The notes under the pieces were generated by a model. That model made no database searches. It was not told the origin of the DNA and was given only the letters and a program-made list of their open reading frames with translations. A program made the translations under genes and the position numbers. DNA of 22,356 nucleotides from an uncultured archaeon (lineage in GTDB: Archaea; Asgardarchaeota; Heimdallarchaeia; Heimdallarchaeales; Heimdallarchaeaceae), in assembly GCA_964549075.1 (NCBI GenBank), contig CAZJUB010000040.1, positions 1-22,356 of the forward strand, written 5' to 3'. How positions within the stretch are numbered: position 1 is the stretch's first letter; each line of letters starts with the position of its first letter. Positions 17,198 through 22,356 of this stretch are shown in pieces.

Positions 17198-17210
17198 TTA
17201 GTGGTGATAT

Positions 17211-17834
17211 ATGAATTTTGAAGATGAAACGGGAGTATATCTTGTTAAACTTGCAAGATATGCAGCTGAAGCTTGGGTAAGAAGAGAAAAATCCCCTCAG
17301 CCTATAGAACCTATTCCTGAACAAGCTAAATTTGTAACAGGAGCATTCGTAACTGTAAAAACTATCGAGGGAACTAATCATAATCTCCGAGGTTGTATAG
17401 GTTATCCAATCGGAATTGATCCTCTCTTTAAAGAAGTAATAAATTTAGCACGAGCTTCAACTTTAGAGGATCCACGCTTTCCTCCAGTTAAAGAAAGAGA
17501 ATTACCTAATCTAGTTTTTGAAGTTACAATAATGACACCACCTCAAAAAATTGTCTATTCCTCCCCACAAAATCTACTAGAGCAGATAAATGTTCCAGGT
17601 GATGGTCTTATAGTAAAATTAGGTCGATTTCAAGGTTTGCTTTTACCTCAAGTTCCTATTGAACAACATTGGAACACTGAAGAATTTCTCTCTTATACTT
17701 GCAGAAAAGCTTACTTATCTATGGATATTTGGAAAAAAGAAAGAATAACCGTTGAAAAATTCCAAGGAATAGTTTTTTCTGAAACAGATCCAAATGGTTC
17801 AATCATCAGACAAGAATTAGATGGTAGTTGCTAA
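17211..17834 (+). CDS. AMMECR1-domain protein
   Basis: GAFVT, LRGCIG, DPRFPPV, GLLLPQV, C.KA motifs; GGTGAT RBS. Confidence 0.92.
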   Translation: MNFEDETGVYLVKLARYAAEAWVRREKSPQPIEPIPEQAKFVTGAFVTVKTIEGTNHNLRGCIGYPIGIDPLFKEVINLARASTLEDPRFPPVKERELPNLVFEVTIMTPPQKIVYSSPQNLLEQINVPGDGLIVKLGRFQGLLLPQVPIEQHWNTEEFLSYTCRKAYLSMDIWKKERITVEKFQGIVFSETDPNGSIIRQELDGSC

Positions 17835-18746
17835 AACTTTACTCAATTCTTTTTCATCTACGATATCTACAAGATGGGGAACAAAGATAGGTACCTTTAC
17901 TGGCAATTCTTTTTCTAGATCATTAAAAACCGTTTTTGACATTGCGATTCCTAAACATTCAGTTTCTCTATACAAATCTATTAAGTTGTCAACATCAAAT
18001 TTGTCTTTAATATAAAAAATACCTATTTCTTTTAGATATGGTTGCATATTTTGAATACGTATAACCGTTTCTTTAAATTCTGTATCTAGATTAGATTCAT
18101 TCAGCAATGAGTAGATTAAGGTAATTGCTCCTCGTTTATAGAGCTGAATGATATTTGAGATATCTTCCTGTATCCCAGAAACAAGAACTAGAACCTTACC
18201 TTGACTTCCAACTGGTAATCCTCCTAGTCCCTTTTTTATTTCATCAAAAATATATGCTTTATTCTCTCTAACTTCTATCCTAAGTGTATATTCAGGTTTT
18301 GTAAGATTGACTTTAAGGTGTTTATCAATATTATTTTCGAGTATGAACTCCCCGAGTATTGCTCCTAATTCCACACTAGAATAAGGGTGATTTCCTGTGC
18401 GTTTTACTTTGACCGCAAAAGATTTTTCTTTATCGATTTTAGAGAAAAAACTCTTTTTTAGACAAGTTTTGATTTCATTAATTTCTGAAGAACATTGGTA
18501 AACTTCGCTTACACTTACAGCACCTGGAATGAGGGATGCTATTATGTTTTCGACTTTCTTATTTTCACTCGATTTTACAAAAATTCTACTATACTCTTTT
18601 ATTATTTCGAAATCTTCTATATTCTGTTTATTTAACATATAGTTAATATGAGAAACCAAACGATTAGTTAACCAGTGTCGTGTTTTTGCTCCTTTTATAG
18701 CTATCTCAGAGAATCGCACCATAACCATAGGTAAAGACTGTGGCAT
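17817..18746 (-). CDS. THUMP-domain ThiI-like protein with degenerate PP-loop domain
   Basis: VRFSEIAIKG, SFAVKVKR, VNLTKP and GLGGLPVGSQGKVL are ThiI hallmarks; SGGIDS is replaced by SGIQED. Confidence 0.85.
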   Translation of the reverse strand: MPQSLPMVMVRFSEIAIKGAKTRHWLTNRLVSHINYMLNKQNIEDFEIIKEYSRIFVKSSENKKVENIIASLIPGAVSVSEVYQCSSEINEIKTCLKKSFFSKIDKEKSFAVKVKRTGNHPYSSVELGAILGEFILENNIDKHLKVNLTKPEYTLRIEVRENKAYIFDEIKKGLGGLPVGSQGKVLVLVSGIQEDISNIIQLYKRGAITLIYSLLNESNLDTEFKETVIRIQNMQPYLKEIGIFYIKDKFDVDNLIDLYRETECLGIAMSKTVFNDLEKELPVKVPIFVPHLVDIVDEKELSKVLATTI

Positions 18747-18767
18747 ATTGTATTCTATCCGTTTGGA

Positions 18768-19028
18768 TTATTCTGTTTCGAAGAAATCTATACCTTCAAT
18801 AAATCTCTCTCTTCTTTCCTCTAATTCTGCTTCGGATATAGCCTGCTCACTATCAACAGGTATGACTTCTGTTAATTCACTGGTTTTATGTTCAACTTCA
18901 TCTTGAACATCGTATCCACCGTCTTTATTCAGTTTAAGTTCTATTCCACATTTTGAACAAACCAGTACCTTTGCTTTTCCTTTTTTTTTCGGGATTAATA
19001 ATTTTCCACACTCTGGGCAAAATTCCAT
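18768..19028 (-). CDS. TFS/RpoM (Rpb9/A12/C11-family) paralogue with only the N-terminal zinc ribbon
   Basis: MEFCPECGKLLIP...LVCSKCG; acidic helical tail in place of the second Zn ribbon. Confidence 0.8.
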   Translation of the reverse strand: MEFCPECGKLLIPKKKGKAKVLVCSKCGIELKLNKDGGYDVQDEVEHKTSELTEVIPVDSEQAISEAELEERRERFIEGIDFFETE

Positions 19029-19169
19029 TTTCAACACTTCAAAGTCTGATTTTTTTTCGTATATGTCCTTTCTTTCTTAATAACCTTTCCCTTTGATACA
19101 AAATTGCTCATAAATTTTTGATATTTTGTCCAACTACAGATTTATATTACTGAAAATGTATTAAACCTC

Positions 19170-20219
19170 ATGGAAGAGAAAGAAATCTCCTCAATTTCTA
19201 CAAGGAAAGATGATCACATTCTTTTGTGTCTTGAAAATGATGTTCAATATGATAGAATTACTAATGGCTTTGATGAGATTAAAATTGAACCTTCTCTTTT
19301 ACCTACTGTCTCTTCAGAAGAACTAAATTTATCTACAACATTCCTTTCTAAGGAAATTAATTTTCCTATAATTGTCTCTGGAATGACAGGTGGAAGTGAA
19401 AATGGAAAGGTGTTTAATGAAACCATTGCAAGAATTTGTAGTGAATTTCAGATTGGTATGGGAGTAGGTTCTCAAAGAGCAGCAATAGAAAATCCTGAAT
19501 TAATAGACACATACAAAGTTAGGCATATAGCACCAAATATCCCACTAATGGCAAATTTAGGAATAGCTCAATTTTTCAAAAATTATGGTCAAAAGGAAGC
19601 AAGAAAAGCTATCGCTATGATTGGCGCAGATGCTTTAGCTATACACATTAATCCTTTACAAGAATTTATTCAAGCTGAAGGTGATGATTCTTTTATAAAC
19701 ATCTCCTCAAAAATTCATGAACTTAAGAATGATTTTGAACTACCTTTGATAATCAAAGGCATTGGAACAGGTTTAACAAAATCCGATGCAAGAAAATTAT
19801 CGGAACTCAATGTTTATGCTGTTGATGTCGCTGGAGCTGGTGGAACAAATTGGTCTAAAATAGAATCTTATCGCAACGATCAAGTTAAGTACCTTTCTGA
19901 TAAATTTCTTAATTGGGGAATATCAACAAAAGATAGTCTTCTAAATATGGTTAGTTTCACAGAGAATAAAAATACTAAAATTATTGCTTCTGGAGGTATT
20001 TGGAACGGTTTTGATGCAGTAAAAGCATTACTTTTAGGTGCTGATTATGTTGCTTTAGCTTTACCGATATTAAGGGCTATTGGAACAGGGGGAATAGATG
20101 AATGTCGACAATTTCTCTCTTCATACATATTAGAGATGAAAGCTGTTATGACAATGTTGAATCTATCAGATTTAAGGGAATTAAAAAAAGAAAGGCATAA
20201 AATACTAGACAAGATATAA
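19170..20219 (+). CDS. fni: type 2 (FMN-dependent) isopentenyl-diphosphate delta-isomerase
   Basis: RKDDHI, GMTGG, GVGSQRAA, HINPLQE, GAGGT.W..IE, ASGGI motifs. Confidence 0.93.
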   Translation: MEEKEISSISTRKDDHILLCLENDVQYDRITNGFDEIKIEPSLLPTVSSEELNLSTTFLSKEINFPIIVSGMTGGSENGKVFNETIARICSEFQIGMGVGSQRAAIENPELIDTYKVRHIAPNIPLMANLGIAQFFKNYGQKEARKAIAMIGADALAIHINPLQEFIQAEGDDSFINISSKIHELKNDFELPLIIKGIGTGLTKSDARKLSELNVYAVDVAGAGGTNWSKIESYRNDQVKYLSDKFLNWGISTKDSLLNMVSFTENKNTKIIASGGIWNGFDAVKALLLGADYVALALPILRAIGTGGIDECRQFLSSYILEMKAVMTMLNLSDLRELKKERHKILDKI

Positions 20220-20221
20220 TT

Positions 20222-20278
20222 TCAGTCTAACTATGATTCATCATTGAGCGAAGCTCTCTGTAATGCCTTGTTCATCCT
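20222..20278 (-). ncRNA. box C/D methylation-guide sRNA, dual guide, predicted targets in 23S rRNA H69 and H70/71
   Basis: Minus strand: AGGAUGA (C) - ACAAGGCAUUA (11 nt) - CAGA (D') - GAGCUUCGCUCA - AUGAUGA (C') - AUCAUAGUUAGA (12 nt) - CUGA (D). Both guides are complementary to conserved LSU rRNA sequence (recalled). Confidence 0.82.
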
Positions 20279-20326
20279 TTTGTCTATTTTCAATTACACC
20301 TAATTATCTTTTGTGATTGAAATTTT

Positions 20327-20366
20327 ATTGGTAGATACTTGTCAAGATTGGTAGATACTTGTTAAG
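20327..20366. repeat. 20-bp tandem duplication (19/20 identical) spanning the stop codon of the M50 gene
   Basis: attggtagatacttgtcaag / attggtagatacttgttaag. Confidence 0.9.
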
Positions 20367-21337
20367 AATTTTGGATTTAATATAAATGACACTATAACTA
20401 AAGCCAAATTAATTCCAACAAGGATGAAAAATGCAACTTTACTCCATTTTAAGATTTTTTTGCCATCAAATTGCCATATTGGAATACAATTGAATAGAGC
20501 AATCAATCCGTTAAACTGAGCAACAAGAATGAAGATGTTAGGCACACCCCAAATCCCAGTCATAGCTAATGGTCCAACTAAACCTGCTACTGCGTATCCA
20601 CTGTAAGTCAATAAACCAATAATAAGACTTATTGTACCGATTACTGCATTTGTTGCTGGGCCTGCTACTGAAACTAATCCTATGTCTTTTTTATTCATCT
20701 GACGTTTCAAAGGAACTATGGATACAAAACCAGGTACTACTAAACCTATCCCAATAAGAAGTGTTAGAAATGTTAACATCAGTCCTCTGACCCATAAAAT
20801 ATAACGAGCAAATTGACCTTTTTTAATAGCTACAAACTTGTGTGCAAGTTCATGTGGCAAAAACGCTGTTCCAACTAAAATAGCTGCAATAGCAAAACCC
20901 CACCATCTATTTTTAGTACTTATAATAAATTGGTAGAAACCAAAAACAAGAACAATTAAAGCAAATCCAAAGAGGATGTCGAGAACTTCGTTACCCAATG
21001 AAAAAAGATCTCCAGAGGCTGTAAGACGTTTTTCAATGAACTCTTTCTTGCTCTTTTCATCAGGAAAATACACTTGTTCTTGAGCATTAGCTTGTTGTTG
21101 AGCTGCTTGTTGTGCAGCTTGAGCAACTCCATAAGCAATCCTACGCATGACTTCTTCGGGTCTAACTTGACGTTGTGCACCTTGTGCACCTTGTGCACCT
21201 TGTTGTGTCCCTTGTCTTAAAGAAGGACAATTATGTGCTGGGGCATCTCTGTGTTTCTGACAAAAAGAACCTCCACAGTAACGACAGTAGAATAAAATAT
21301 CGGCTTCAGTATTGCACTGGGGGTATTCACATTTCAT
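20342..21337 (-). CDS. AN1-type zinc finger fused to site-2 (M50) intramembrane metalloprotease
   Basis: C-x4-C...CRYC...FC..H...H.C AN1 pattern; HELAH; AGP..N; FNCIPIWQFDG. Confidence 0.9.
   Translation of the reverse strand: MKCEYPQCNTEADILFYCRYCGGSFCQKHRDAPAHNCPSLRQGTQQGAQGAQGAQRQVRPEEVMRRIAYGVAQAAQQAAQQQANAQEQVYFPDEKSKKEFIEKRLTASGDLFSLGNEVLDILFGFALIVLVFGFYQFIISTKNRWWGFAIAAILVGTAFLPHELAHKFVAIKKGQFARYILWVRGLMLTFLTLLIGIGLVVPGFVSIVPLKRQMNKKDIGLVSVAGPATNAVIGTISLIIGLLTYSGYAVAGLVGPLAMTGIWGVPNIFILVAQFNGLIALFNCIPIWQFDGKKILKWSKVAFFILVGINLALVIVSFILNPKFLTSIYQS
21173..21199. repeat. 9-bp in-frame tandem repeat (ttgtgcacc x3) encoding GAQ repeats
   Basis: Three perfect copies plus a degenerate flanking copy in the Q/A/G-rich linker. 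Confidence 0.85.
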
Positions 21338-21541
21338 AATAAATAATCACATAGATTTATTCTATACCCAAAATACCTTGGGTATTTTAGAACATATCTA
21401 TTTGACAAAGAAATTCTCTTTTGTACTTCGTTCTCTATCAGGTTGTCTACCAACTCATAAATTTTCTCGCAATGAAAATACTTTTTAAGTAAAACACTGA
21501 AAAAACTTCAATTAACACTCGATAAAATGACGATGATTATT

Positions 21542-22356
21542 ATGAAATCAGATATTGAAATAGCTCAAGAAAAGCAGAAAGATATGAAAAATATTCGAGA
21601 AATTGCTGCAAAAATAGGTCTAAAAGAAGACGATTTGGAGCATTATGGGAAATATGTAGCGAAATTGGATTATCAAACAATGTTAAAGATATTGAATTCA
21701 GATAAGCCAAATGGAAAATTAATATTCGTTACAGCTATGACTGCCAGTAGAGCAGGAGAAGGAAAGACTGTTACAACAATAGGATTGTCACAAGCATTTC
21801 ATAAGTTAGGAAAGAAAGCAATGTTTGCAATAAGAGAACCAAGTATGGGGCCAACCTTTGGAATAAAAGGAGGTGCCACAGGAGGAGGACAATCACAAGT
21901 TTTTCCAATGTGGGATATAGATCTACACTTTACAGGTGATATCCATGCTATTACTTCAGCTCACAATTTGCTAGCAGCGATGATAGATAACCATCTAACA
22001 AAAGGAAATAGGTTGAACATAGATCCAACTAAGGTAACATGGCCAAGAGCATTAGATGTTAATGACAGGGCATTAAGAAACATTATTACCGGATTAGGTG
22101 GAAGAAGAATGGGAGGAGATATAAGAAACACAGGATTTGTAATAACTGCAGCATCAGAAATAATGGCAATACTAGCATTAGCTGGAGATTTAGCAGATCT
22201 AAGAGAAAGATTAGGAAATATACTGATAGGATATACCTATGATGATATGCCAGTATATGCAAAAGAATTGAACGCAGTAGGAGCAATGGTGTTAATACTA
22301 AAAGATGCAATAAAACCAAATCTAGTGCAGAATTTTGAAGGAGTACCAGGATTTAT
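21542..22356 (+). CDS. fhs: formate--tetrahydrofolate ligase, 5' part (runs off the right edge)
   Basis: Hand translation: MKSDIEIAQ...YGKYVAK...LIFVTAMT..AGEGKTVTTIGL...IREPSMGPTFGIKGGATGGG...LHFTGDIHAI. In-frame upstream ATGs at 21527 and 21533. Confidence 0.95.
   Translation, partial: MKSDIEIAQEKQKDMKNIREIAAKIGLKEDDLEHYGKYVAKLDYQTMLKILNSDKPNGKLIFVTAMTASRAGEGKTVTTIGLSQAFHKLGKKAMFAIREPSMGPTFGIKGGATGGGQSQVFPMWDIDLHFTGDIHAITSAHNLLAAMIDNHLTKGNRLNIDPTKVTWPRALDVNDRALRNIITGLGGRRMGGDIRNTGFVITAASEIMAILALAGDLADLRERLGNILIGYTYDDMPVYAKELNAVGAMVLILKDAIKPNLVQNFEGVPGF

Noticed and set aside
20231-20293. 20-codon minus-strand ORF (MKIDKRMNKALQRASLNDES) with a GGTG upstream
   Set aside because: Overlaps the C/D sRNA, whose box and guide architecture explains the sequence much better.
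20286-20323. ttttcaat...attgaaat resembles the ends of a CRISPR repeat
   Set aside because: Single copy, no spacers, no cas genes; explained as a hairpin.
21402-21541. Possible THF or ZTP riboswitch upstream of fhs
   Set aside because: No consensus elements seen; a TATA-like ctttttaag at ~21481 leaves too short a leader.
2938-22319. Short antisense or alternate-frame ORFs nested in larger genes (e.g. 3670..4146, 6028..6318, 7002..7319, 9573..9815, 11546..11782, 14294..14566, 16113..16358, 20956..21198, 22086..22319)
   Set aside because: Shadows of well-supported genes, with atypical composition and no motifs.
1-22356. Mobile element, provirus, tRNA or rRNA
   Set aside because: No transposase, integrase or capsid motifs, no cloverleaf, and no GC-rich structural RNA tract seen.

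Overview
AT-rich archaeal chromosomal segment. It is most consistent with an Asgard archaeon (Heimdallarchaeia-like); this is inferred from a Rab-like GTPase, an EMC6/Rab5ip-like membrane protein, Ig-repeat surface proteins, GGTGA-type ribosome-binding sites and TATA promoters. It holds about 22 credible CDSs: two convergent TM-anchored surface proteins (one with DUF2341 plus two Ig-like repeats), DppB/DppC permeases without their partners, a LolD/MacB-type ATPase, coiled-coil proteins, a double Zn-ribbon membrane protein, a Rab-like GTPase, a CDP-alcohol phosphatidyltransferase, an inactive Mrr-like fold protein, an EMC6/OPTI-like protein head-to-head with Rqc2/RqcH, CBS-Zn ribbon, Mut7-C, AMMECR1, a degenerate ThiI, a truncated TFS/RpoM, type 2 IDI (fni), an AN1-Zn-finger/M50 protease fusion and the 5' part of fhs. 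The strongest signal not shown in the ORF track is a ~57-nt dual-guide box C/D sRNA (minus strand, 20222-20278). Its two guides are complementary to neighbouring 23S rRNA sites (helix 69 loop and H70/71), one apparently equivalent to the eukaryotic Am2256/snR63-SNORD46 site. No CRISPR array, tRNA, rRNA or transposase was seen. All family assignments come from motif recognition by eye; no searches were run.
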